Shown: positions 29,313 through 43,591, counted from the whole stretch's first letter. The stretch is DNA of 63,297 nt, filler included, from Kipferlia bialata (GCA_003568945.1; 6 parts of 5 records of this genome joined end to end with filler, not necessarily neighbours in it), one strand, 5' to 3'. Made by a program: numbers and translations. Notes: generated from the sequence alone by a model not told the origin.

Positions 29313-31043
29313 GCAGCATCAAGGCTTGCTCAGAGACTGAGGGAACTGAGGGTGCAGAGGGAGAGAGAGAGAGGACTGAAGCCACAGTGGTGGTGGAGAG
29401 TGACCTCCAGAGTGGGCCACTGAAGGTAGGACCAATGTCGAATGTGTCCATTGGGTAATATATAGTAACATACACTAACCCACCAGGTCTACAGTGTGAT
29501 ATGTATATGTATATACATATACGTGTATATCCCTTTAACCCCCCAGGTGTACAGTGTGGCCCAGGACGGAGGAGAATATATATATATATATATGTATATG
29601 TATATATATATGCATGGATTATATGGGTATTATCACTATCTATACAATGTGTATATATATGTATGTCTCTACACCCCTAACCCCCAGGTGTACAGTGTGG
29701 CACAGGACGGAGGGGCCTTTGCATGTGGCATGGAGAGTACGGATAGTGTATATACACTGAGTATGTAGATATATATGAGTATGTACCAAGTGATTAGATA
29801 TCAATACTTGATATGTAGTATATCCATGTCTGTGTGTTCTGGCCTCTTTGCATGAGCATGGAGATTACGGATAGTGAATATTGAGTGTGTATATATGCAG
29901 TATATTTCTCCATTCTATATTCCAATATGATAGTATTTTGCATGTGGCCTGGAGAGTACGGCCCATGTATTCGATGTATGATTCATCAAATACTTTTCTA
30001 ATGAGTGGTATGTTGGATATCGAAGTGTGTGTATTCTAGCCTTTGCATGTGGAATGAGAAGTCTAAATATTGTCTTGTTCTTCTTCTCTCTCTCTTCTTT
30101 ACCCTCCTAAGGTTTCATCACCGTCTGTCCCTCCGCCCCCGCCCCTGTGCCCCTATATATCTTTCTCTCTCTCTCCCTCCTTACCCCTTAGAGGGAGTGA
30201 TCTATGTCTGCCCTTCCGATGCCCCCCCCTGTGTCCTGTCTCCCTCTCTCTCTCTCTCTCTTTCTCTAACCCTTTAGAGGGTGTCATCTACGTGTGTCCC
30301 TCCGATGTCCCCCCCTGTGTCCTGTCTCTCTCTCTCTCTCTCTCTCTCCTCACCCATCAGCAGGAGTGATCTATGTCTGCCCCTCCGATGCCCCCACCTG
30401 TGTCCTGTCTCTCTCTCTCTCTCTCTCTCTCCCCTTACCCCTTAGAGGGAGTGATCTATGTCTGTCCCTCCGATGCCCCCCCCTGTGTCCTGTCTCCCAA
30501 TGTGTCATCAAACGTATCGGCACTGGCCATGTCCTATACTAAGGATATGTGCTACTTGGTGGCAGGTAAGGAGTATATATGACTTAAACATAGAAGTATA
30601 TCTATATATAGTGTGTCATCCAACGTGTCGGCACTCACAATGTCATTTACACCCACAGACTGCTATCTAGTGGCAGGTAATGAGTGTATATACATATATA
30701 CATATAGAGGTATAGAGATGTGTCATCAAACGTGTCGGCACTTGCCATGTCATACACCACTGACATGTGCTATCTAGTTGCAGGTAAGGGGTATATATAT
30801 TCACGTGTATATAAGTGCATGTGTATATAGACATGTATATAAAGTAGAGTGTCGGCACTGGCCATGTCATACACCAGTGACATGTGCTACCTGGTGGCAA
30901 GTACATACCAAGTTCACTATATTTTATGAGTATCTTCTATATAGTTCATATCCCACTGTTACCCTCACCCCAAGGTGACTGGTCCCACTCCCTCCATGCC
31001 TGGAAGTGGAAGGCAGGGTCAGCCAGCCCAGAGTACGTATCTA

Positions 31044-31085
<42 letters not shown>

Positions 31086-34000
31086 TGTGTGTGTACGTAT
31101 ATATATATATATATATACCCTTATGCCTGTAAGTGGAAGGCAGAGTCCAATAGCTGTATGTGTTTACTACTATATACAGTGATCGCCTACTCCCTGTTTC
31201 ACTAATTCGATGCCCTGGTGCCCTATCTGGCTCTTCCTCTTTCTCTCTCGATTAGTATCAGTATCAGTATGTATATATATCCACACCCTTACATCAGACA
31301 CACCGGTGCCCTCTCTGGCTGGACTGGCTCTCTCTTTCTCTCTCTCTATTCATATACATATTCTAATATATATCTATCTCCTTACAACAGGTACACCGGT
31401 GCCCTCTCTGGCTGGACTGGCTCTGTCCTAGCTCTCTCCCTATCACCTGACAGGTCACTGGTGGCAGTGGGCAGCGCAGACTTCTCAGTATCGGTGTTAA
31501 GGTGAGTACTAGATATTTTGCTGGTATATTGTTTGTATATACTCTAGATTGTGTCACTGTGTGCTCAGGTAGTATTGTTGTGTATGCAATCGAATATAAT
31601 ACCTTCTTTAGGGTTAGTATGTACTTGAGCAAACATTCCAAAACAGAGATATTTATACGTATATTGTTTGTCTAAATACTGACCTGTTTCCCTATCCTCA
31701 CCCCAGGCTCCAGGATGTGCTGAGTATATGTACCTATATATGTTAATAGATGCATTTACTTTTGTATATACCCATCTCCCTTTCCTCACCCCATTTGTAT
31801 ATATATGTGCATATATATGTGTATATACCTATCCTCACCTCAGAGTTCAGGATGTGCTCAGCGGTGTCATGCGACCTCTGGCCATTAGGTATGTGAAATG
31901 ACCTCTGTATATCTATATACAGTTATGTATATATATATGTACTTCATACATGAGTATCCAGTCTTATAAAGTATACGTCTCACTGTCAGACGTGAAATGC
32001 TACTAATCATCCATGCATGGTCCTCATTTCAATAGGCATTGCAACATATACGTATACTACTGTATTGCATTTTTACTAATAATACACATATACTACTATT
32101 AACAATGTATCTCACCCTGTAGACGTGTGCACTCCATGCCTGTGAGGTGTCTGGAGTGGATACAGACAGGGGATGCTGGGATGCCATACGCCTTAGTGTC
32201 AACAGGTATTATATGGATATAGTAGTGTATAGAATTCAGTGCAATGTATTGGATATGAATGTGTATACAGACAGCCATTGTGTCAACAGGTAGCTGTAAA
32301 CGGATTGTGTGGATAGATATCCCAATGGAAATATATCGTAATTTACGGACATGGATTTGTCAGTGACATGTCCTTTATAGACCTTTACCCATCTAATAAC
32401 CATATATTAACGTAAACAATATATATTTCACTAATAATCCAGGCAATGACGCCTCTGTGCATGTCCTCAACCCATCTAACCTGGAATATACTAACGTATA
32501 GCCTATTGATATACATATTGTGTATTCAATATGCACTAATAATCCAAGCAATGACGCCTCTGTGCATGTCCTTAACCCATCCAACCTGGAGACATTTTAG
32601 GATAATACATATATAATAGTATAATAAGAATATGTATATGTGGCATATAGTAACAACTATGTGTATACTGACACAGGCAATGACGCCTCTGTGCATGTGC
32701 TCAACCCAATCAACTTGGAGACACTGGCTAGTCACGATGCAAGGGCTAGAGGGGCTAGGTATGTGGATATATATATTTATATATGGAGAGAGGGAGAGTT
32801 ACGATACAATGGCTAGTGTATGGGAAATTAATCCAGGTACCAGTACTGTCTTATCTTTGTCTCCTCCTCTATCATTGGGTTTTGTATATTTATGCAATAT
32901 GTACTGTGTATACGCTATTCTGACCCCAGATACCAGTACTGTCTGTCTGTCCACCAGCCCAGGCCAGGCATGGCATTCATAGTCACAGGTGGGGTATCAT
33001 TCATAAATATACATATACATACAACATAGAGTATTTTAGTGTATATCATAGGCCAGGCATGGCATTCATAGTCACAGGTGGGGTGTCATAAGTATACATT
33101 CTATAAATGTATATATACTATATTACTGGTACTTATGGGGTAATTGTATACACATTGGCCAGGCATGGCATTCATCGAAACAGGTATGATATCTTAATGT
33201 TTCATACAGGTATATAGTATACTCTGCTTGCATACAGACTAGTAGTATGTCATTGTACACAGAATGGCCAGGGATGTCATTCATAGTCACAGGTGGGGTC
33301 ATTTTATAATGTGTACCTGTGTATTATACACTATGTTGATGTATACAAAGGAATTGTAAACAAATAGGCCAGGGATGTCATTCATAGTATCAGTCACAGG
33401 TGGGGTACCACTACACTCAGGCATATACTCTCTCTCTCTCTCTCTCACACACACACTCTCTCTCTCTATTCTCATAACGAGGCGGAGATTACTATGCCCT
33501 AACAGTCCTTTGGTGGAGGATGGAGTCACTATATATAACCATGTATTATATATAATATACTCTGTGTAGTTTATATATATACTGACTTCAGGTGGTGAGG
33601 ACTATGCCCTAACAGTCCTTGGGTGGAGGATGGGGTCACCCAAGATGAGACTGATAGAGAGGATACCATGCGTGTCTAGTGTGTGGAGTGTACACTTTGT
33701 CAGGTACATGTAGCTAAGTATATATGTGTTTAGATCTATGGATAAGGTCTAACCCCAGCCATGCCCCCATCATCCTGACTCTCCATAATGTACAGTGTTT
33801 TCAATAGTTCATACGTCATGACTTTGTACTAACCCCAGCCATGCCTCCCTTATCCTGGCTGCCTGTGAGGATGGGTCAGTGGTCACACATAGGACAAGCA
33901 TAGATGCAGAGGTAGTATTATATATATACTATACAGGATAGTATATATTACTCATATATATATTATTTGATGCCTGTGAGGATGGGTCAGTGGTCACACA

Positions 34001-37000
34001 TAGGACATCTATCAATGAGGAGGTATGTGTGTATATATACTAGGATAGTATATGTGTTGTTATACACAAACATTGTATATGCCTGTGAGGATGGGTCAGT
34101 CGTGACACACAGAACGTCTATCAATGAGGAGGTATGTGTACATATATACTATGTATACATATACATATGTATCCCACATATTGTATATGCCTGTGCCTGA
34201 GGATGGGTCGGTGGTGACACACAGAACTAGTATTGACTCAGAGGTAGAGTGTACGTGTGTTTGGCAGCTGAGTGTACTTACTTCTACTCACCCCCCTTAC
34301 CCCCCAGGGCGAGGCTGCTGTCAGGAGTGCACTCTCCACAGACACATCGTTCTCAAGGTAAGAACTATACTGTGTGTAATGTATGGGTCTTGGGGGTATA
34401 ATGCTCAGTATCCGTCTGCCATGAGTCCAGAGAGTTCCTTTCTATACATTACCAGTGATTCTATTTATATCTTACTCTAAGAACCATGCTCTCATTATTG
34501 ACACAATGTGTTCAATACCTTTCATTCCATAAGATTATTCCCTGCTCAATATCACTTTCATCACCATCTTACCGTCAGAACCATGCTCTCCCTGTTCCCC
34601 AACCAGGAGTGCAATGCATCAATGTTCACAGACGGCCGGTTCCTAGGTACTATTATAGTATACCAATTCAAATGTATGTACTTACCTCCATACCCCACCA
34701 AGTTGCCACCCACCTCCTGTGTCGATATGATCTCTCTCTCTCTCTCTCTTTCCATCTTACATATAGACCCCACAAAGCTGCCCCCCACCTCTTGAGTCAA
34801 TATAGTCTCTCTCTCTCTCTCTCTCCCTCTATTCCCCCATGTTAACTACAAGACCCCACCAAGCTGCCCCCCACCTCCTGTGTCGACATGATCTCTGCCA
34901 ATGTTATTTCTGTCCCTAGAGGCAGTGTGCTGGCATTCAGGGGGGAGGACACGCTGCAAGGTACATTACAAAAGTACTATTAATACCCTATTTGCGTTTC
35001 CTTCTCTGTTTCCATCATTGGAACTATATACATGCAGGGTGTCGCACTTGTATCACTATTCTCACAGCTCTATTCTTGTTGTATTGTCCCCGTCTCTTTC
35101 TCATTATTAGGTATGTGCACCCATCTGTACATGAGATATGGCCATGAGCTGGTTGGCATTGGACGGGTGGTCACAGAAGTGAGGTACACTATTTGCTATA
35201 TGTGTATTTACATGTTCTAAGCTTTTGAATCCTTAGTATACCTCACCTCAAACCAATATCGTCAAGTATTTCTACTAAGGGCACTATTTTGAGTTATGTA
35301 CTAATGGTTTCACCCTGTCCAACCCCCAGCCCTGAGAAGCAGCTTGGTCCTGATGGAGAGCAGTATGACCTGATGTACCCAGTGGAGACAGACAACAGGT
35401 GAAGTGGCATATTCATAGGATATGTATTCAATTTGGAGGTACATATCCAAGTAGGGGATTCATATTCAAGTACGAGGTAGATATTCAAGTAAGAGATCAT
35501 TTATAAATATATATGTATATTTATGTATGATCTATATATGCTTACCTCCAGAGGCACTGCGATGCTCTACATGAATGTGGGCGAGGACCTGTACCAGGTG
35601 TCACAGCGGTTCCTGATGCAGAACCCAGGTATATAGTGATGAAATTATAGTGTATTTCTAGATATATAGATGTATATAGATAGATGTTGGATAATCATGT
35701 GAATACATACATATATTCTTGCGATAAGGTTGAGTTCAGATGTATAGATCTAGTCTAGATATACAGTATATCAGTTCTATTTCATGTCTCATTTGGTAGA
35801 AATAGCCCCCGAGTTTGACTCTGAGTCCTACCGCACACAGATTGTCAACTCTATATTCATCATGGCTTCATCTATTAATGCCTAGGAATTGCACCCGAGT
35901 TTGACTCTGAGTCCTACCGTACTCAGATTGTTGAGTTCCTGGAGAAGAATGCCTCATTCAAGGGGTGCTACCAGGAACATGATCCAATGCAGGTACTCAC
36001 AAATGCACGGTGTATTTGTATATACTTATATCTGTGTTCATATACCTATATATAGGGCATATATCATCATGCTTCAAGGGGTGCTACCAAGAACATGACC
36101 CGATGCAGGGATAGACATATATATATCGTATATATACTTATATATATATGCATATAATTATATATGTAGTGCATATATGCACATCATTCAAGGGGTGCTA
36201 CCAAGAGCACGACCCGATGCAGGTATAGACATATATGTATCGTTTATATACTTATATATATGTACATAATCCTATATATATAGTGCATATATGTACATCA
36301 TTCAAGGGGTGCTACCAGGAACACGACCCTATGCAGGTAGCATATATGTATATATATATATATATATATGCATTTGTCTCTGAGTATTATGTATTGACTC
36401 TATAGATATACACTATCTCACCCCAGGTCTGCACCGACCAGTCCGTCAGACAGGCCATGGCACAGAGCATCACAGGCATGGGTTATAAATATTGTGTATT
36501 GTACTAGTATATAAATACTATACACTGTATGATTCACTTGCATCAGACAGGCCATAGCAAAGAGTGTCACAGGTAAATACAATGATTATATGTGCATATA
36601 TTGCACTAACTGCGGTGATGGTTATGGTTATCTGTGTATTATAGTTGACATGGGACAGAGCATCGCAGGTGAGGAGTAGTTGGTTGAATGATAATGAATG
36701 TGTATTTATGTGGATCAGATAGCTGACATCATTTTTGCACAGCTTGGATGATACAAATGTATGTGTCAATTAACGTATTCATGTATGTATCAGTGTTTAT
36801 AGTGATGCAGTCTAATTTCAGGAAGGGCCACACCCGGCAACACACAGACTAGGTCCAGCCCACCTGCAGGTATGATATTTACTGTGCAGACTACGCTCTC
36901 GGATATATGTAAAAGTCAATGGATATATACATAAGAAGAATTCATGCCATGTCCATATCCACTAACCACCAGCACCCTCCACCAAGTCCACCCCCTCTAG

Positions 37001-40000
37001 GCCATCCCTAGACGTCAATCAGGGGTCACCTGCATACGTCCCACCAACCCCAAAGGTATGGAATAGTATTAGATATTCTTCATATGTATTGGTCACTTCA
37101 GTAAACTTCTGCCGAGGCTATGAGACTATCAACATCGCTTAAGAACAACAGTATTGTACGTTTCTCCTATTTGTATCTGACTCCGCTAGGCCGTTGCCCC
37201 CCCTCCCTCCCCTCCCTATGGGACTGTGCCTGTGACAGTCACACAGAGATGTGTGGATAAGGTATGTATGTATATTCAGTCACTTCGTCCAAATTGGTGT
37301 CAGAGCACTGTGTAATATGGGACGGTTACTCATACACACTGGAAACTACATGTGTATGTACGATAAGTGGTTAGTGACGTCAGGTCAACTCCGCCCTTGA
37401 TGCCTCACCCTGTCTTTATACATACATAAATTATATAGTATTGTAGTTCCCTCCTGAGAGTGTAATACTCCCCGTCCTGACTGTGATTGTGAACTTCTCT
37501 CACTCCTCAGGTCAACACCGCCCTGGATGCCTGTGGCCTCACCCTCCCTGTGCCTTTATCTACTGATATGCCTGTCGGACTGGACCAGGCATGGAGGGCA
37601 GTCGGGAAGGTATAATATTACATTGTATTACACAGGGACAATGGCTGTCAAACTATTATTGTATACGTATATAATCTAATGTATATATGCACGTGTGACT
37701 GGGCCAGGCATGGAGGGCAGTCGGGAAGGTAATTCAAGTATTGTGATTAGCCTATCGTATTGTAGATGCCATACTATATATTTACTGGTGCATATAAGCC
37801 AGTCCGACTGGACCAGGCATGGAGGGCAGTCGGGAAGGTACCCTGTGAAGTAGTATATATGACCTATCATATAGTAGATGTCATACTATATATTTACTGG
37901 TGCATATGTTCCAGTGGGACTGGACCAGGCATAGAGGGCAGTTGGGAAGGTACCCTGCCAAGTATTATATATGACGTATCATATAATAGATGCTATATTA
38001 TGTATTTACTGATTCATATATGCCAGTGGGACTGGACCAGGCATGGATGGCAGTCGGGAAGGTATGTGAGATAATACATTGATCACAAGTATTACTATAT
38101 ACATATATTATTTTTTCATAGATCAATTTTGCATAGTATTTGTATGTATATCCAATTATTGGGTTCTTTATAACTGAATTCGTTCATATACAATTTTCTA
38201 CTGATTCCTAGGCCTGTACCGAGGTGCCAGTGTCTGACAGGTTCTGTGCAGGTGAGTATGTCAGGGTAAATTTTGGCAGAGGCCAATCAACTCTCGTATC
38301 AACCTTCATTTCTTCCTTTGGTGTTTGTACAGGTTCTGTGCAGGTGGGGGTGTCATTGTAAACATTAGCAGAAGCCAATCAAAGTTTCATATATACATCT
38401 TCAATACATCAAATGCTGTTATTCTTCATCAACAGATGGTCTTACGTTGCATTACTTCTCTACTTACTAACCAGTCATTCATGGATACATTCATGCTTTG
38501 GTGTAACTTCTACGGGAGACTAGTGTTTCTATCAATGAATTGGTACACATTGTTGTCTCCACTCACTATCCAGTCATCCTCCTAGCCGACATGTGCACAA
38601 GGACTCCGGTGGGACCTCTGTCCTTTAGACTCCACAGGTAGGGACTCAAGAGTCATTATACTCCCTAGCATCTCTCTATATAGCCACGTCCTCACATATA
38701 TGATAGGTAGATCCCAATCCTTTCTTCTACACCAACGTACTGATTCCATACATGTATTCATGCACGTATACCTGTTACCCACCCCAGGGCTGTGGGTGAG
38801 GTTGAGAAGTATCAGTATCAGTATCAGTGTTTCAGTGTATTTCTGCACTCCCTATACTCACCCCAGGGCTGTGAGATATCCCAATCCTCTCGTCTATACC
38901 AAAGAACTGTTGTTTCATATATATACTCATTCCTCTATCCATATACTCACCCCAGGGCTGTGAGTGAGGTTGAGAAGTATCAGTATCAGTTACGAAGTAT
39001 CTGTGTATTCCTGCACTCCCTATACCAACCCCAGGGCCGTGAGTGAGGTTGAGCAGTGGCTGGCAGAGAGTGTGGTCACAGGTCTGGGGGACAGGTAGGG
39101 CACATATACAAGAATGTATATGTTTATGACGGGTACAGTATTCCTCTATTGTGTGGTTACTGGTCTATGGGACAGGTGGGGTAGTACACATCATTGTTCG
39201 ATTAATCTTAAGACTACTTGTATGGATACATCTCATCCCTAGCTCTGCCCTTCCTCTGGGCGTCTTCTACCTGTAATACACTCTTATAGAGTATATATGT
39301 TTATATATTATCTCATCTCTCACTTCTAGCTCTGCCCTTCCTCTGGGTGTCTTCTCCCTGAGACTCCTCTGTAACCTGCTGGACAGACCGGACACACAGG
39401 TACATTTTGATGTTTCTTTGATATATATATATATACGGAGAATGGAGAGAGAGAGAGAGAGAGAGAAAGAGTCATATATATAGCACACAATGTGTCCATG
39501 TGTGCTATGGCCTGCTAGACAGGACAGACACATAGATACAAATTTTATGGGTAGAGAGAGAGAATGGGACAATTGGAGAGAGAAGGAGATAGTCATGTAC
39601 CTGAGCAACAGACCTGAAACACAGTATTTACATATAGATGAATACTTAGTGTCTCGCCCCATGCTGACCCTTCAGGAGATGGCCACATGTGTTGAATCAG
39701 TATCAGTATCACGTATAGCTATGGATAAATATGAATATACCTGTGTATTATGTATATTACTGTCTCACCCTCTAGGAGATGGCCCTGGCGACATGCGTCG
39801 AGGTCTCCACAAGGGTATGTATCATCACAGATATACATATATAGATATATATATAGATGAGATCAGCATGTTCCTCGATTAATCTTATGGATGACCAGGG
39901 TATGTATCGTTCCAGATAGATGTAAGTCCTCGATTAACCATGTCTGTCACACTCAGGTTGTCATGTGCGCTGCTGCTGCTCAGGACTCAACGCTGCAGGT

Positions 40001-40233
40001 GTGTATATATATACATATGTATGTACAGTACTAACATATATTCATGAATCTATTCAAGAAGACTCGTGAATCAATTCTCTGCAGGTATCTCAATCATGAT
40101 TCGAGATACTGTTAATAGTGGTTGATAGGGACATATATGCTTACTCTAGGAAATAGTGGTGCGTCTGGGTGAGATTCTGTCCAGAGTGGGAACTGCCACC
40201 CACATGATACTCGTCGCCAAGCTGATGGGCTGA
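29276..40233 (+). CDS. PLAA: PLAA/Doa1/Ufd3 homolog (WD40 + PFU + PUL-like), about 30 short exons, probably 5' partial
   Basis: WD40 segments VITGGYDGCVKL, LSLSPDRSLVAVGSADFSVSV, HSMPVRCLEW, VTGGEDYAL, VWSVHFV..ILAACEDGSV. PFU-like IGRVV / KQLGPDGEQYDLMYPVE / LYMNVGEDLYQVSQRFLMQN / YRTQIVEFLEKN. PUL-like FSLRLLCNLL. Stop TGA at 40231-40233. Confidence 0.8.
35954..36338 (+). repeat. Exon-end echo array FKGCYQEHDPMQ x4 (period 114-116 nt)
   Basis: Real exon end 35957-35992; copies start at 36073, 36187 and 36301. Confidence 0.95.
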
Positions 40234-40509
40234 GTTTCAATAGACAAACACATTCTCTTTGACACAATGTGAAGGTGTTTCGGCGTTTCAGAAAGAGAAT
40301 ACAATACTATGACCAGTGAATCCACAGTTGAGCTGACAGCTGATAGTGGATGCCTCTAGTATTTGACTATAGCACAGTATTTGTATTCGTAGCATATGGA
40401 AAGGTTAAACATTAGCTCTCAGTACAATAAATTTTCATTGAAGCTCAGTCTCTCAATCACATGATGTCTGACTGATATTCAGGCCTGTTCACAATACCAA
40501 ACGCCACAT

Positions 40510-41760
40510 TCATCTCAACCATCTGGCCATTTCGGGATTATTCTCAATCATGACGTCCCTCACTGTCCTGATCCACCCCACCTCGCCTTCCATGCTGGTG
40601 TGGTACTCTGGACTCAGGAGGTCATGGTCAATGTCAATGACAAGTGTCTTCTGCTTGTCCATATACAGAAGAGTAGTGGAGTTCAGGGAAATGAATACAC
40701 CACTCTGCCAATCTGCCCCAGTTACCGGAAGCGGCTCCAGTGACAATGCATCCAGTGACACTCTGTCCCGTAGCCACAGCGCAGGACTATCAGTACCGCC
40801 ATAAGGTGTTGTGATCTGAAGCATGTGATGTCCTAGAGGTAGAAGCGCACTGATGTCGTAGTGCTGTGATGCCAGACTTAGGTGCCAGAGATCATCACCA
40901 ATCTCGGGAGACTTATGAGGCGAGTACACCATTCTTCCTTCTAGGTCTAGTGCACACGATGTCTCAGCACTCAGAATCCAGAAGTCAGACCCGTAACTCC
41001 ACCTCCTTACTCTCCTATCAGGATACCGCACCCACTGCCGGGTACGTGCAGACCACTCCCATACTCCATCCGCTGCAAATGTTGGACCACCCTGTGTGTA
41101 TTCGAATACACCCCCTGATAACACTAAGGTATCATTGAGAACCATAACACTTGGTCCTATACGTGGAGAAGGCATAGCCCCCTCCACATACTCTACGTCG
41201 TGCCACTCACCAGTATCAATGGTGTAGACAGACATGAACCAGGACGGAACAGCTCCTACAGATGCCGATTCAGTTGCATACGCCACCACGCACCCACCCA
41301 CTCGGCACAGAGTGACTTCTAGAGTGGGGTCATCAAGCACTGGACCTGGGATAAAAAGAGATGCGGGAACACCATCTGACCCCAAGCAGACACGCTGCCA
41401 CTGACGGAGAATAACTATTCCCCTACCAGGCTCCAGGACCCTTCTCTGACACATTACCATCACTTCATTCACTCCGAGAGACGCAGCGAAGAGTCTGCCT
41501 CCTCCCCCTACCACACTGGGGTAGTCTCTGCACTGTGTGTACCATGGCATAGGCTGCATGGACTGCATGACTGGTAGTGGGTAGGATGGGTGAGGGTCTA
41601 CAAGAGGTGCACTTGTGTTACGATCTCCACTGAACAGTGATGTCTTGCGATAGAGGGTATCTACAGTTGAGGCCATCAGTCTGTCACAAATGACGCCGAC
41701 TTTGGGTGAACAGTGACACAGCAGCTTCCAAACCCAGGACACAGTTGAAAGCCATCTCAT
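40510..41760 (-). CDS. Intronless kelch-like beta-propeller protein (true start may be the internal MASTVDT)
   Basis: 416-aa ORF with MSVYTIDTGEW...MPSPRIGPSVMVLNDTLVLSGG...VWEWSARTRQW, a kelch-like GG/W pattern. Confidence 0.75.
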   Translation of the reverse strand: MRWLSTVSWVWKLLCHCSPKVGVICDRLMASTVDTLYRKTSLFSGDRNTSAPLVDPHPSYPLPVMQSMQPMPWYTQCRDYPSVVGGGGRLFAASLGVNEVMVMCQRRVLEPGRGIVILRQWQRVCLGSDGVPASLFIPGPVLDDPTLEVTLCRVGGCVVAYATESASVGAVPSWFMSVYTIDTGEWHDVEYVEGAMPSPRIGPSVMVLNDTLVLSGGVFEYTQGGPTFAADGVWEWSARTRQWVRYPDRRVRRWSYGSDFWILSAETSCALDLEGRMVYSPHKSPEIGDDLWHLSLASQHYDISALLPLGHHMLQITTPYGGTDSPALWLRDRVSLDALSLEPLPVTGADWQSGVFISLNSTTLLYMDKQKTLVIDIDHDLLSPEYHTSMEGEVGWIRTVRDVMIENNPEMARWLR

Positions 41761-42012
41761 TATGGAGCCGACAATAAATGATGAATACAGATATAATCAG
41801 TTTCATAGAGTCCATCAATGATACAAATCAAAACAGTATGTGCACCGTGTCCGAGGTGTATGTATTCATCCAAAGGATTTCTCTGGGTGACAGCTTCCGA
41901 TATCGTAAATGTATATACACCATGTATGTGAATACACATAAATGAATTAATACTGGTGGATTCCCCGATATATTCACCTCAGAGGCACACTTAGCTCGTT
42001 GGTGACCCTGTG

Positions 42013-42331
42013 TTATAGTATTGACACTTGGCTGCCCACGGCCCCTGGCAGGGGGCACACGTCCAGACACAGGTCGGTCCTGCCGCACATCATGTCCTCG
42101 GTCCGTGAGTATTCCCTGCCTTCATAGACTATACTCGATCACCACATTAGCCAGAGAGGTGTTGAATACAGGGCCCACCTCACAGTAGTCACTGCACTCG
42201 AGGGTGGTGAGGGGGGTGTCTGGGTCCATGGGGTCGAAGAGGGCCACAGTTACACCGCTCACTACCTTAGGTGCCACGGCATCGTACTCATCGCTCACAG
42301 TGATGCACAGCTTCTGCTGGGTGCACAACAA
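42013..42331 (-). pseudogene. Frameshifted coding-like fragment
   Basis: The ORF ...VVIEYSL* would continue as VYEGREYSRTEDMMCGRTDLCLDVCPLPGAVGSQVSIL* if one base near 42131 were removed. Composition is coding-like within AT-rich flanks. Confidence 0.4.
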
Positions 42332-42866
42332 TATGAGCGATACTGGCCAATTGTTTCGGTGCCACAGCAGTTGTCATTGCTAGACCTACCACTATATTTC
42401 TAACCCCTTTGGCCTATGCCAAGGGAGCGGTTGTTGGTACGGACACATATACGTGACTCAATTGTCTAGATGTTACACACATTACGAATGTGGTATTTAG
42501 ATATATCAGCAATGACTTCAAAAGATTTCGAAGAAGGATGCTGTAATACAATGAACAGTGACACGCACTCCCTGGTGTCGGCAATCATACTATGATTATC
42601 ATAGCAAGACTACATTCATTAGATTGCGTTCTTCAATGGAGTTAGGTATTCTTAGTAGACTCTTAATCCATTTCATTACTTGAGCAGCATACACAGAAGA
42701 GTCCAGTTGCCACTACATGCTTGATATTACTAAGGCCAAACGGCCAGAAGTCTCACTTATACATCACATCAACCCACGGTGCTGCACATCAGTTTCATTG
42801 CTACTTCCCAACGAGTCATAATCACCACTTGTCCCCCTTCATCAGTCTCCAGTTTCATTCTCTATA

Positions 42867-43591
42867 CTAGTACCTCGACCTTCTCTCTGCCGACGCCTCA
42901 TCACGTGACCATATCCACCGCACCTCCCCTGCCATGCTGGTGTGGTACTCTGGACTCAGGATGTCAGGGTCAACCTCAATAACAAGTGTCATCTGCCTGT
43001 CCATATACAGAAGGGTAGTGGCGTTGACTGCCACAAATGCGCCACTCACGCCAACAGACCAAGGGACTGGTAGTGGCTCCAGAAGCACTGCGTCTAGTGA
43101 CACTTTGTCACGTAGCCATAAGGTTGGTCTCTCAGTGCCACTTAGAGAGGTTGTGACTTGCACTACGTGACGCCACAGGGGGATAAGGGCCCTGGTAATG
43201 TGGTGGTTTCCTGATCGACCAAAGTACCAAGTATCTTGTCCCATGTTGGGGGTGATGTGAGGGGAATATGTCCATATCCCAATTGAGTCTAGTGCATATG
43301 ATGATGTCTTAGTACTCAGCGTCCAGAAGTCTGACGTGTGGGGCCACTGTTCTGCTCTCCTGTTGGGATATTGTACCCACTGCCGGGTACTTGCGGACCA
43401 CTCCCATACACCATCGGTTGCAGACCATAAACACCATGTTCTCTGTACGTCCTCAACGCTGCCCCCAGTCACCACTAAGGTATCACCCAGGACCATGACA
43501 CTTGGATCCCTGCGTGGACAAGGCATAGCATCCTCAACATACTCTATGTTGTACCACTCACCAGTGTCAATGGTGTAGACAGACATGAACC
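42867..43591 (-). CDS. Intronless kelch-like protein, tandem paralog of 40510-41760, 5' truncated by contig end
   Basis: Colinear with the neighbour: FMSVYTIDTGEW, MPCPRRDPSVMVLGDTLVVTGG, LWLRDKVSLDA, TTLLYMD, LSPEYHTSM. Confidence 0.8.

Noticed and set aside
35954..36338. Dscam-style mutually exclusive exons as the general explanation of echoes
   Set aside because: Most copies are half-exons with only one splice site, and several carry stops, frameshifts or dead donors.
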